A DNA stretch of 32,000 nucleotides from Halalkalibacterium halodurans. GTDB lineage: Bacteria; Bacillota; Bacilli; Bacillales; Bacillaceae_D. Shown piece after piece: positions 1-8,509 of this stretch. Position numbers and translations under genes: made by a program. The stretch spans positions 70,809 to 102,808 of the forward strand of contig NZ_SNUY01000006.1 of NCBI RefSeq assembly GCF_004376175.1. Reading direction: 5' to 3'. The notes under the pieces were generated by a model. The model saw only the letters and a list, made by a program, of their open reading frames with translations. It did not search any database and had not been told where the DNA came from. Each line of letters starts with the position of its first letter. The stretch's first letter is position 1.

Positions 1-410
1 GCCAAGTCTTTTTCTCTCGTGTGCTTTGCCATAAACTCCTTCATCGGTATGGCTGCCCGATCCATTGCTTCTTGCTGGTCAATTTCTCCGTCCAAAAACG
101 GTGTCAACGCTTGGTCATTCACCTCGGCAAATACAGGTGCCATGATAAAGAATGTAATAAATAAGGCGATTCCGATAATCACTTGGTTCGGCGGCATCGT
201 CTGCGTAGCCAAACCTGTCCGGACAAAGGATAAGACGATCACTACCCTTGTAAAGCATGTCATCAATATGAGGATGCTTGGCGCTAAGGATAAGACGGTT
301 AGTAATAGCAATAGTTGAACCGTCGTGGCTACCCCCGCAGGATCGTCTGTCATAAATTCCGGGTCAAGTCCTGGTAGTTGAATCGCTGTTAATAATAATA
401 ATTCCGTCAT
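1..410 (-). CDS. fliP: Flagellar export-gate protein FliP, N-terminal part (gene continues beyond the left edge)
   Basis: It is open at the window edge, so it is absent from the ORF track. The reverse complement of 410->1 reads MTELLLLLTAIQLPGLDPEFMTDDPAGVATTVQLLLLLTVLSLAPSILILMTCFTRVVIVLSFVRTGLATQTMPPNQV..., which is the conserved FliP core. Its ATG overlaps the fliZ stop (ATGA). It follows fliZ as in the B. subtilis fla/che operon. Confidence 0.85.
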   Translation of the reverse strand, partial: MTELLLLTAIQLPGLDPEFMTDDPAGVATTVQLLLLLTVLSLAPSILILMTCFTRVVIVLSFVRTGLATQTMPPNQVIIGIALFITFFIMAPVFAEVNDQALTPFLDGEIDQQEAMDRAAIPMKEFMAKHTREKDL

Positions 411-1117
411 GATTTGTCCTGCTCCCTCATTGCTTTCCGAATACGTTCCTGAGTTGATTGAACGTCAGACAACTGCTTTTGCAGTAGCTGTTTAAACGGT
501 TGTCCTTCCTTTAATGGCTCATCCTTCGCGGAGGAACGATTCCGTTTCGTAAGGTCTTGCACCCACGTCATCGCTTTTGTAATGGGAGCATGACTGTCAG
601 CGTAGATCGTCTGTTGCTTAGCAAGTAATTCTTCTTTCTCTTGCTCATTCGTTATTTCTTTTAACAGTTGAATCGACTCACCTACACCGACAACGAACAG
701 GCGGTCACCTACTTTAATAAGCTGTACTGAGCGGTTAGAGCCAAGAGGAACGCCTCCTAGATTTTGCAGGGCTTGGGTCGACTTGAATGAACGAGAGCGT
801 TGGCTAATGAAACGCATCACGACATAGATTAAGAAGAGCACAAACGCCAATGCTGCAAACATTTGCAAAAAGAGAAAAAAGATATTTTGCTCTTGAAAGG
901 CCTGTTCTTCCTCAGGCACTTCCATCACACCCGGTTCCTCCCCGCTCCCATTCACACTAGCTTCTCCTTGGCAAGCTTCTTGAAACGATCCTGCAACACT
1001 ATCACAGTCAACCTCATCGGCGAACCCTTTATTTGGTGACATGATGCTGAACAAGCACACCATTAGTAAAAAGCTAATTGCTTTAGTTGTCATGTTTCCT
1101 TTCATGACCAAATCCAT
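407..1117 (-). CDS. fliZ: Flagellar biosynthesis protein FliZ (FliO family)
   Basis: 236-aa ORF with an N-terminal signal/TM segment, an acidic spacer and a second TM (IFFLFLQMFAALAFVLFLIYVV). These are followed by the FliO-type block VQLIKVGDRLFVVGVGESIQLLKEI. It lies between cheY and fliP as in B. subtilis. The start overlaps the cheY stop by 1 nt (TAATG). Confidence 0.8.
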   Translation of the reverse strand: MDLVMKGNMTTKAISFLLMVCLFSIMSPNKGFADEVDCDSVAGSFQEACQGEASVNGSGEEPGVMEVPEEEQAFQEQNIFFLFLQMFAALAFVLFLIYVVMRFISQRSRSFKSTQALQNLGGVPLGSNRSVQLIKVGDRLFVVGVGESIQLLKEITNEQEKEELLAKQQTIYADSHAPITKAMTWVQDLTKRNRSSAKDEPLKEGQPFKQLLQKQLSDVQSTQERIRKAMREQDKS

Positions 1118-1482
1118 TACGCTCCTAACGTCTTCTGAATCGCATCAATGACCCGATCAGCCTGAAACGGCTTCACAATAAAGTCCTTTGCCCCTGCTTG
1201 TATCGCATCAATGACCATCGCTTGTTGACCCATGGCCGAACACATGATGACCTTCGCATTCGGATCAATCGCTCGGATGTCTTTTAACGCAGCAATTCCA
1301 TCTTTCTCAGGCATCGTAATATCCATTGTGACAAGATCTGGTGAAAGCTCTTTATATTTTTCCACCGCTTGTTCGCCATCATGGGCTTCCCCAACTACGT
1401 CATAACCATTTTTCGTTAAAATATCCTTGATCATCATGCGCATAAAAGATGCGTCATCCACAATAAGAATTTTAGCTGCCAT
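1117..1482 (-). CDS. cheY: Chemotaxis response regulator CheY
   Basis: MAAKILIVDDASFMRMMIKDILTKNGY...DLVTMDITMPEKDG...KDFIVKPFQADRV is near-collinear with B. subtilis CheY (receiver domain with DD, D and K residues). The ORF track starts at GTG 1488. ATG 1482 gives the MA.KILIVDD N-terminus seen in B. subtilis. Confidence 0.93.
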   Translation of the reverse strand: MAAKILIVDDASFMRMMIKDILTKNGYDVVGEAHDGEQAVEKYKELSPDLVTMDITMPEKDGIAALKDIRAIDPNAKVIMCSAMGQQAMVIDAIQAGAKDFIVKPFQADRVIDAIQKTLGA

Positions 1483-1507
1483 CTGCACTCAACCTTTCTT
1501 TCGGTAT

Positions 1508-2713
1508 TTATTTTAACTGTTCGATTCGTTCTCTTTGCGATAAAATCTCGGTGACACGAACTCCGAAGTTTTCATCAATGACGACCACTTCGCCTTTCGC
1601 GATTAACTTCTGGTTCACTAAAATATCGACAGGTTCCCCAGCAAGCTTGTCTAACTCAATGATCGAGCCTTGTGTGAAAGAAAGAATATCCTTGATTGAG
1701 CGTTTCGTCCGCCCCAATTCCACTGTTACTTGCAAAGGTATATCTAGGAGCATATCCAAGTTGCCCGCTTCTGTATCGTTAAGTTTAGGATGTTCAAAAT
1801 TCGTAAAAGCGGCAGGTTGAACATTTGCTTGCCGTCTTGTTTGAAGAGGTGGTTGTGACATCGATTGTCGATACCCTCCTTGCGTTGGTTGCTGCATATG
1901 AACTGGATCTGTTTGATTGGTTGGAGGTGCTTCGTTCACCGTTTCTTGCCTTGGCTGTTGATCTACTTCCATCGCCACTGCACCGGCCACTTCATCTTGG
2001 GCAGGATTCATCAAGTCGTCGACCATTTTTTTCGCAAAAGGCACGGTGACGAGCTGCATAATAGAAGAGTCGATCAGTTCCCCAATCCGTAGACGAAACG
2101 ATACTTTGATGAGAACATCGCCTTCTGGTACACGATCGGTGCCTTGATCATTTCCCACATCCAGCATGTTTACGCCAGGCGGTGAAATATCAATACGTTT
2201 ATTAAAGATCGTCGACATGGAGGTCGAAGCAGAGCCCATCATTTGATTCATCGCTTCTTGAACAGCACTTATGTGCATCTCGTTTAGCTCTTCCTCAGGA
2301 TTCAATCCGTCACCGCCAAGCATTAAATCTGCAATAATCACAGCATCCTTCGTGCGGATGACTAGTAGATTCATACCTTCAAACCCTTCAGTGTAATCCA
2401 CATGGACTGCAACATGGGGCTGGGGAAACTCTTTTTCTAATTGATCCTTGTGTATCACAGATACTTGCGGCGTCGTAATGTCTACCTTTTCGTTTAGCAA
2501 TGTCGACAACGCCGTTGCAGCACTTCCGAAGGAAATATTGCCGATTTCACCGAGTGCATCTTTTTCAACCTTTGTTAAGAAACCTTCTAAGCTATCTCCT
2601 TTTTGATTTTCTGGGGCATCCAAACCATCGACTTCCTCTGCATCATCCCCATCACTTGCAACTCCCTTTAACAATTCATTGATCTCATCTTGGGAAAGCA
2701 TTTCATCATTCAT
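1508..2713 (-). CDS. fliY: Flagellar switch protein / CheY-P phosphatase FliY (CheC-like domain plus FliN domain)
   Basis: It has an N-terminal LSQDEINELL peptide, CheC-like repeats (ALGEIGNISFGSAATALS, ISAVQEAMNQMMGSASTSMS), a Q/P-rich linker and a C-terminal FliN/SpoA domain (LLDIPLQVTVELGRTKRSIKDIL...GEPVDILVNQKLIAKGEVVVIDENFGVRVTEI). The likely start is ATG 2713 (MNDEMLSQDEI), which overlaps the fliM end by 8 nt. The ORF is open to 2731. Confidence 0.9.
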   Translation of the reverse strand: MNDEMLSQDEINELLKGVASDGDDAEEVDGLDAPENQKGDSLEGFLTKVEKDALGEIGNISFGSAATALSTLLNEKVDITTPQVSVIHKDQLEKEFPQPHVAVHVDYTEGFEGMNLLVIRTKDAVIIADLMLGGDGLNPEEELNEMHISAVQEAMNQMMGSASTSMSTIFNKRIDISPPGVNMLDVGNDQGTDRVPEGDVLIKVSFRLRIGELIDSSIMQLVTVPFAKKMVDDLMNPAQDEVAGAVAMEVDQQPRQETVNEAPPTNQTDPVHMQQPTQGGYRQSMSQPPLQTRRQANVQPAAFTNFEHPKLNDTEAGNLDMLLDIPLQVTVELGRTKRSIKDILSFTQGSIIELDKLAGEPVDILVNQKLIAKGEVVVIDENFGVRVTEILSQRERIEQLK

Positions 2714-3698
2714 CTTCTGCCGCCTCCTCAATTACATCTGTGACTTGAACCGCCAGATGGTTTTTCTTTTTCCCTGGTTGCGCTAAATATTTCAAATGAC
2801 CACCGACCCGGACGTTTAACGGTTCATGGATGGACTGATCCAGCTCGATCACATCACCAATTCCAAGGTGAAGAAATTCATGGATGGTGATCTCTGAGCG
2901 GCCAAGCTCTGTCTGAATTAGAAGTGGAGCCTGACGGACTCGATGTTCAATGGAATCCAGTTCACCCGGTTGGCGCTGCTTTTTCTTTTCTTGCATCCAA
3001 TAGTGGACCGATAATTTTGGCAAGACTTCTTCTAGAACAACATGCGGTAAGCAAATGTTAATCATGCCAGAAGTCTCCGCAATCGTTGTGGATAGAGAAA
3101 TGACAACGACGGTCTCATTTGGTGAAACCATTTGTAAAAATTGCGGATTTACTTCAACTGCATCCATCTCAGGTTCTAGTTCGATTACGGTGCTCCATGC
3201 TTCTTGAAAGCTATCTAGCGTTCGTTGAAACAATTGGGACATAATCCGAGTTTCAATCTCCGTCAAGTTGTCAACTTTATTCACGCTCACCCCTTGACCT
3301 CCTAACAACCGATCCAACATCGCATACGCAACATTTGGATTCACTTCGATTAAAAAGCGCCCGTCAAGAGGAGCCGGTTCAAATACGTTCAAGATCGTCA
3401 TCTTTGGAATCGAACGAATAAATTCCTCATACGGCAACTGATCAACCGATGCGACAGAAATTTGAACGAACGTCCGAAGTTGGGCGGAGAAATATGTGGT
3501 TAATAATCGTGCAAAATTTTCATGAATTCGACTGATGCTGCGAATTTGATCCTTTGAAAAACGAAGCGCACGCTTAAAGTCATACACTTTTACCTTTTTC
3601 TCAAGCTCTTCCTTTTTCAGTTCATCAGCGTCCATTTCTCCAGTGGAAAGCGCCGAGAGTAAGGCATCAATCTCACCTTGTGATAAAACGTCAGCCAA
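2706..3698 (-). CDS. fliM: Flagellar motor switch protein FliM
   Basis: VLSQGEIDALLSALSTGEMDADELKKEE..KKVKVYDFKRALRFSKDQIRS... is collinear with B. subtilis FliM. The ORF is open to GTG 3707. TTG 3698 lies 8 nt after a GAGGTGAGG Shine-Dalgarno and gives MADVLSQ, matching the B. subtilis length. Confidence 0.9.
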   Translation of the reverse strand: MADVLSQGEIDALLSALSTGEMDADELKKEELEKKVKVYDFKRALRFSKDQIRSISRIHENFARLLTTYFSAQLRTFVQISVASVDQLPYEEFIRSIPKMTILNVFEPAPLDGRFLIEVNPNVAYAMLDRLLGGQGVSVNKVDNLTEIETRIMSQLFQRTLDSFQEAWSTVIELEPEMDAVEVNPQFLQMVSPNETVVVISLSTTIAETSGMINICLPHVVLEEVLPKLSVHYWMQEKKKQRQPGELDSIEHRVRQAPLLIQTELGRSEITIHEFLHLGIGDVIELDQSIHEPLNVRVGGHLKYLAQPGKKKNHLAVQVTDVIEEAAEDE

Positions 3699-3746
3699 GA
3701 ACCTCACCTCTCAATCTACTCTAGCCAATTTGTTTTCTTTTCATCG

Positions 3747-4178
3747 TTATTGAATGACCCATTCGGTCGTATAAATTTTCACGACTGAACCTTCTTGCAT
3801 AAGCGCGTTAATGTCATCTTGAAGTTGGGCCTCCAGCTTTTCGATTCCATCGGCACCCGATAATTGAGAGGCGTCCATTCCTGCTAAACTACGAATAATA
3901 ATGTTGTTCACTTGAAAATCACGCTTTTGTACTTCTTGTAAGGCATTACGATTGTCTACGTGGATCAGGAAACGGGCACGGACAAAGTCATTTGATAATA
4001 AATTTGTCGTGATTTCCTCTGTCTCATAAGATTGTGCAATAATCTCATCGATCGTAGGCTCCCGATCTTGTTCATCTTCATTATTAAAATAATTCACGAA
4101 AATAAGGACCGCGACCCCCACTAACGTTAGAACAATCAGGATGATGAGCATGATGTTGACTAAACGATTTCGAAACAC
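3747..4178 (-). CDS. fliL: Flagellar basal-body-associated protein FliL
   Basis: 143 aa with a single N-terminal TM (IMLIILIVLTLVGVAVLIFV) followed by a FliL-type domain (TTNLLSN.FVRARFLI...RDFQVNNIIIRSL). GTG start 7 nt after a GGAGGG SD. It directly abuts the swrD stop. Operon position is as in B. subtilis. Confidence 0.85.
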   Translation of the reverse strand: MFRNRLVNIMLIILIVLTLVGVAVLIFVNYFNNEDEQDREPTIDEIIAQSYETEEITTNLLSNDFVRARFLIHVDNRNALQEVQKRDFQVNNIIIRSLAGMDASQLSGADGIEKLEAQLQDDINALMQEGSVVKIYTTEWVIQ

Positions 4179-4391
4179 TTATGAGCCCTCCACATCTTTA
4201 TTTATTGCTATAAGGCCAATTTGGTTAAAACATTCTCTCACTTTTTCATTGACCTCATCTATGCTGTTTTGTACGACAATTTTTTTCCCATTTATTAGCG
4301 TAATTGTTGTATCAGGAAAAGCTTCAATTTGTTCAATTAAGGTCGCGTTTAAAAGAAACGGACGGCCATTAAGACGAATTAACGTAATCAT
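4179..4391 (-). CDS. swrD: FlbD-family small flagellar protein (SwrD/YlzI homolog)
   Basis: 70 aa. MITLIRLNGRPFLLNATLIEQIEAFPDTTITLINGKKIVV is the typical FlbD (PF06289-like) sequence. It lies between flgE and fliL exactly like B. subtilis swrD (ylzI). Confidence 0.8.
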   Translation of the reverse strand: MITLIRLNGRPFLLNATLIEQIEAFPDTTITLINGKKIVVQNSIDEVNEKVRECFNQIGLIAINKDVEGS

Positions 4392-4470
4392 CGGAAATGG
4401 AAGGGCTAGAGCTGTCCCTAGCCCATACCTCCTTCATCAGGTATTTTTACGCGAGATGGCGATCATGCCA

Positions 4471-5262
4471 TTAGCGCTTCAAGTTTACTAGCTCTTGTAA
4501 GATTTCGTCAGAAGTAGTGATAATCCGAGTATTCGCTTGGAACCCACGCTGTGCAACGATCATTTCTGTGAACTCTTCAGATAAATCAACGTTTGACATT
4601 TCTAGCGTTCCAGCTATAATGTCACCTGTTCCTCCATTACCGGCAGAAGTAAACAGCGGAGCACCTGAGTTTGCAGACACTAAATAGAGGTTGGCTCCAG
4701 CTTTCGCTAGACCTTCAGGGTTTGCAAAGTTCACGAGACGGACCATCCCTGCTTCTTGCAAATCACCATCTTCGTCAATATACGTCACCGTTCCATCTTG
4801 CCCGATGCTAAAGCTTTGGGCTGTCGTTGGGACCGTGATCGGGTTGCCGTTCGTATCCATCAGACGAAGCCCTTGGGCATTAACAATCGTGCCTTGCTGG
4901 TCAAAATAAAAGTTTCCTGACCTCGTATAATAGAATGTATCCCCATCTTGTACTTGGAAAAATCCATCACCAGAAATCCCTAGATCAAGCTCGCGGTTCG
5001 TATTTTGCAAACTTCCTTGTGTATGGACATTGTCAATCGATGCAAGCTGCATTCCTAGACCAACCTGACGAGGGTTTACCCCACCGCGGTTCGCTCCAGG
5101 AGCGGTTGCCCCAGCAAGTTGTTGGCTTACCATGTCTTGAAATGTGGTCCGACCTTTTTTGTATCCAAACGTATTGACATTCGCAATATTATTTCCAATC
5201 ACGTCGAGCTTCGTTTGAAAATTTCTCATTCCAGAAATACCTGAATACATTGAACGTAACAT
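4471..5262 (-). CDS. flgE: Flagellar hook protein FlgE (short Bacillus type)
   Basis: 263 aa. The N-terminal MLRSMYSGISGMRNFQTKLDVIGNNIANVNTFGYKKGR and C-terminal LEMSNVDLSEEFTEMIVAQRGFQANTRIITTSDEILQELVNLKR are the rod/hook consensus ends. Size matches the 264-aa B. subtilis FlgE. There is a strong SD (AAAGGAGGAG). Confidence 0.9.
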   Translation of the reverse strand: MLRSMYSGISGMRNFQTKLDVIGNNIANVNTFGYKKGRTTFQDMVSQQLAGATAPGANRGGVNPRQVGLGMQLASIDNVHTQGSLQNTNRELDLGISGDGFFQVQDGDTFYYTRSGNFYFDQQGTIVNAQGLRLMDTNGNPITVPTTAQSFSIGQDGTVTYIDEDGDLQEAGMVRLVNFANPEGLAKAGANLYLVSANSGAPLFTSAGNGGTGDIIAGTLEMSNVDLSEEFTEMIVAQRGFQANTRIITTSDEILQELVNLKR

Positions 5263-5327
5263 TTTTTGCTCCTCCTTTTTTGACTGCGTCCATCAATCAG
5301 CAGCCTTGGCTTCCTTTCGGTCCAGCC

Positions 5328-5726
5328 TTATTGAAATGATTTGTTGTTCACTACGATTGTTCCGTCAATATTAGTAAAAATATGATCTTCCGCTTCATCT
5401 AGATCAAGGACTGTAATGACTGTTTTGTTTTTGGCACTCACGACAAGCGCAGCTTCTTCTGTTAAAATGAGTGGATCTCTCACGCCTTTTTGTTCGGCCT
5501 CTAACACTTTCTCTTCAATTCGATTCCAAAGTGGCTTTGAAATCGAAATGCCTCGTGACAGCAGTCGTTGCTCCGCATGTTTGCTTAACTTTAGCGACTG
5601 CCCTTTCTGGAGCTCTGTTTGAAACAGATTTCCAAACGAGACATGAGGAGACGGTTTCGATAAAGCGGAACCTTTTCGTGTTAAGGGCTTTATCGACTGT
5701 ATCGAACCAGTGATTCTTGGGTCCAC
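5328..5726 (-). CDS. Small conserved flagellar-operon protein of unknown function (TIGR02530-like)
   Basis: 132-aa ORF. GTG start 8 nt after GGAGGG, which lies in the flgD end. The KLSKHAEQRLLSRGISIS...W..IEEKV.EAEQKG...LILTEEAALVVSAKNKTVITV pattern matches, from memory, the 'flagellar operon protein' family found between flgD and flgE in many Firmicutes. The assignment is by recollection plus gene context only. Confidence 0.6.
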   Translation of the reverse strand: MDPRITGSIQSIKPLTRKGSALSKPSPHVSFGNLFQTELQKGQSLKLSKHAEQRLLSRGISISKPLWNRIEEKVLEAEQKGVRDPLILTEEAALVVSAKNKTVITVLDLDEAEDHIFTNIDGTIVVNNKSFQ

Positions 5727-5729
5727 AAC

Positions 5730-6245
5730 TTATCCCTCCTGTTCATCAGGTGCGTTGTCGCCCACATCCCCCTCAGCTTCCTCTTGATGATTCGTTTTGC
5801 CGGATACTTGAACCAATTGATCGGCAGATATCCAACGTCCACTATCGAGCTGAATGCTAACATTTCCGTTCGTTTCAAGCCTTACAGATGTAACGGTGTT
5901 TTCAACAAGCTCTTCTTTTTGTCTGTACTCATCTATATCAATGATCCGCTTCCACGTCACACGCTTACCAATTAATTCGCTATGCTGGACAAGCGTTTGA
6001 CTTGTTTGCTGTTTAACAAACTGTTGAATCGCGCTGTTCATGTTTGTCATTTGTTCCAAGGATGAGAACTGCGCCATCTGTGCGATAAATTCACGGTCAT
6101 CCATTGGATTCAGCGGGTCTTGATACTGAAGCTGGGCAATGAGGATTCTCAGAAAATCATCTTTTCCTAAGATTCCCGAGTTGCTTTGTTCTTTCGGGCG
6201 ATTTTCGTAATAGTACGAGCCATCAATACCGTTTGTTGTCGTCAC
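5730..6245 (-). CDS. flgD: Flagellar hook assembly/capping protein FlgD
   Basis: ILGKDDFLRILIAQLQYQDPLNPMDDREFIAQMAQFSSLEQ is the FlgD signature. GTG start 6 nt after GAAGGAGTGA. Confidence 0.9.
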   Translation of the reverse strand: MTTTNGIDGSYYYENRPKEQSNSGILGKDDFLRILIAQLQYQDPLNPMDDREFIAQMAQFSSLEQMTNMNSAIQQFVKQQTSQTLVQHSELIGKRVTWKRIIDIDEYRQKEELVENTVTSVRLETNGNVSIQLDSGRWISADQLVQVSGKTNHQEEAEGDVGDNAPDEQEG

Positions 6246-6265
6246 GAACCGTCACTCCTTCCCCT

Positions 6266-7465
6266 CTAAACTTGTTCATCAAAGCCGACATCATCCAAAA
6301 ATTGCTGGAACGTCTCACCGTCTGAATGTTCCTGACCCTGCCGTTGCTGTTCCTTTTCGTCCTTTGTTGATTGTTGACCTTGATTTTCACGCTCTAACAA
6401 CGAATGTGACGGTTGCTGAACAACTTCAATTCGCTCCACGTTCAACTGTTGCTGTGTGAAGGCATAACGCAACTGATTCATTTGTGATTCGACAAGCTCC
6501 CTTGCCATCGTGGTCGACGTCATGATTCTCGCAACGATGGCACCGTTCGTCTGGGTTAACTGAATATCCAAACGTCCAAGGTGTTCAGGCATGAGCTTAA
6601 TCGTCATTTGTGTTCCATTTTGTAATTGCACGACATTTCCCCGTTGTAAAATTTGTTGAAACTGACGAAGAAACTGTTGTTGCTGGACTTCTTTTGGCTG
6701 CTGTTCTCCGAGGTGGATGACGAGCTGTTGTGTCCGGTTAAGCGCTTGACCTAGCTCCTGACCATGATGTTGAAGCGTTAAGCCTTGCACGCGTCCTTCA
6801 TTTGCATCATTGGCTAACAAAAACGGACGATACGTTCGGCTCGTTTCTACTAAACTGTTCTGCGTTTGTTGCTGCGTTCCATCATTCGTAAGAAGCTTAG
6901 TCTCTCCTTGCTTAGTCAACCATTCTTTCGCCTGTTCGATAAAAGCTCGGAACTGTTCTGACAAAGTGTGTTGCCCTTGAATAACGACAAACGGAAACGC
7001 TCGCTCCATGATTTGCACAACATGGCCTCTTATTTGAGTAGGTAGTTCTTGATTCCCTGACGCTGTCATCAACTGTAGTGCAGCAAGCAAGTGGAAGACG
7101 GCTTGCTCTTGTTTTGACATGGCTTGAAAATCTTCAAAATCAACCGGATCAGCCTTTTCTGTCAACAGCGACTCTAGCTGCAATACCGATTCCATTGGCA
7201 GTACGTCCATCAACTCCACGAGCCACTCCTTCACATCGTTTGGCACTTCTTCTTGTATATGTAGAAGTGAATAGAACAGCTCTAACGATTCAATTGATGG
7301 CTCAGTGCCTTCTGACCATGTGCCGAGCTCTCCTTCCTCTGAAGTGAGTGAATCAAGCACCATCAAAAAGTTCGCTTCTCCTGTCAATGAACTTTCTGAT
7401 CGCGGCGTTTGACCATTGATGTGGGGAACATTTCCAAGCTGCATCATCATCATCGCTGGTATCAA
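6266..7465 (-). CDS. fliK: Flagellar hook-length control protein FliK
   Basis: 399 aa with a Q-rich central part and a C-terminal Flg_hook-type domain (IKLMPEHLGRLDIQLTQTNGAIVARIMTSTTMARELVESQMNQLRYAFTQQQLNVERIEV). TTG start 6 nt after AAAGGAGGTGA. It lies between ylxF and flgD. Confidence 0.85.
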   Translation of the reverse strand: MIPAMMMMQLGNVPHINGQTPRSESSLTGEANFLMVLDSLTSEEGELGTWSEGTEPSIESLELFYSLLHIQEEVPNDVKEWLVELMDVLPMESVLQLESLLTEKADPVDFEDFQAMSKQEQAVFHLLAALQLMTASGNQELPTQIRGHVVQIMERAFPFVVIQGQHTLSEQFRAFIEQAKEWLTKQGETKLLTNDGTQQQTQNSLVETSRTYRPFLLANDANEGRVQGLTLQHHGQELGQALNRTQQLVIHLGEQQPKEVQQQQFLRQFQQILQRGNVVQLQNGTQMTIKLMPEHLGRLDIQLTQTNGAIVARIMTSTTMARELVESQMNQLRYAFTQQQLNVERIEVVQQPSHSLLERENQGQQSTKDEKEQQRQGQEHSDGETFQQFLDDVGFDEQV

Positions 7466-7487
7466 TTGGTTTCACCTCCTTTCGTTT

Positions 7488-8057
7488 TTAGGACTGGGGG
7501 TCGTTAAGTCGTGTCATGATCGTTGCTGCCTTTTCTGGATCCATTTTCCCTAAAATGGCAGCCCGGCTATCTGTGGATAGGAGGGACATATGAATCACTG
7601 CCTCTTCAATGTCCACTTCTTCAAGGATGGCAGCAGCATTTTTAGGAGACATGGACTCATACGTTTTGGCTAGCTCCTTCACTCGATTGTTCGTTTGCTC
7701 TGCTACGCCTTCTTCCACCTCTTCTCGCTGTTCCAAAAGCGCTTTTTCATCTTCAGCCTGCTTTAGCTCTTCTGTCGTTTCCCTTAATTCCCGCTCAAGG
7801 CGGTCTAATTCTGCTTGCTGGCTCGCTAGTTGTTCCTCTAACTCAGCAATTAGCTCCTCTCGCTCCTCTTCTTCAGCTGTCTGTATGTAATTCCCTACAA
7901 CTGGGAGGTTTGCACCGATTTCCTTCGCCTCTTTTACTACGTTGTAACCTAGAAGATAGGCAATTCCTGAAAACAACAAGCCGGCGAAAATAATAGGAAT
8001 GACGATGAGAAAAAGAATAAATTGAAATTTGCTAGTACCCTTCTCTTTTTTGCCCAT
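7488..8057 (-). CDS. ylxF: YlxF-like flagellar operon protein (TM plus coiled coil plus MgtE_N/MotE-like C-terminus)
   Basis: The ORF track begins at 8105, but ATG 8057 (MGKKEKGTSKFQF) has a good SD (TAAAGGTGAGTGTATG) and does not overlap fliJ. It has an N-terminal TM, an E/Q/L-rich coiled coil and a C-terminal MSPKNAAAILEEVD...AAILGKMDPEKAATIMTRL. Position is that of B. subtilis ylxF. Confidence 0.75.
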   Translation of the reverse strand: MGKKEKGTSKFQFILFLIVIPIIFAGLLFSGIAYLLGYNVVKEAKEIGANLPVVGNYIQTAEEEEREELIAELEEQLASQQAELDRLERELRETTEELKQAEDEKALLEQREEVEEGVAEQTNNRVKELAKTYESMSPKNAAAILEEVDIEEAVIHMSLLSTDSRAAILGKMDPEKAATIMTRLNDPQS

Positions 8058-8067
8058 ACACTCACCT

Positions 8068-8508
8068 TTACACTCGGAATGCAAATGCCTGGACGGATAG
8101 CTCATCCATGATCTGCTGTTCCCGCTTCTTTTCTTCCAACAAGAAACGCTCCTGTTTTTGTTGTTTCATTTTTTCATATTTTTTCAGTTCAATCGAAATG
8201 GCCTGTAAATCGCGGTGCTTTTTGTCCATTCGTTCGCGCGCGAGGCTCGTAGCACGCTGCTGTTGTTGAATTTCTTGATGCAATTGGACGATGAGCATTT
8301 CACGCTGCTGCAGCTCGTGTATGGACGTGCCCACGGCAATTTTTTCACGTGCCTGTTCCTCAAGCTTTTCCCTCTGCTTTAAGAGGTGATAGAGTTTTGT
8401 CGCTACTGTTTCAAATGTGTTCATTGCTTCAGAATACTGTTGTTGCAGTTCTTCCTTCTGTCTTTTCTTAAGATCAAGAACTTTTTGCAGCGTATATTCA
8501 AATGTCAA
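8068..8508 (-). CDS. fliJ: Flagellar export chaperone/stalk protein FliJ
   Basis: A coiled-coil protein that follows fliI. TTG 8508 (MTFEYTLQKVLDLKKRQKEE) aligns residue-for-residue with the B. subtilis FliJ N-terminus (MAYQFRFQKLLELKENEKDQ) and lies after GGAAAGGGTGAT. The ORF is open to 8526. Confidence 0.8.
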   Translation of the reverse strand: MTFEYTLQKVLDLKKRQKEELQQQYSEAMNTFETVATKLYHLLKQREKLEEQAREKIAVGTSIHELQQREMLIVQLHQEIQQQQRATSLARERMDKKHRDLQAISIELKKYEKMKQQKQERFLLEEKKREQQIMDELSVQAFAFRV

Positions 8509-8509
8509 C

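Noticed and set aside
19-318. 99-aa plus-strand ORF at the left edge
   Set aside because: It is antisense to a clearly recognisable fliP reading frame (conserved FliP sequence on the minus strand), has no SD and has no recognisable family features.
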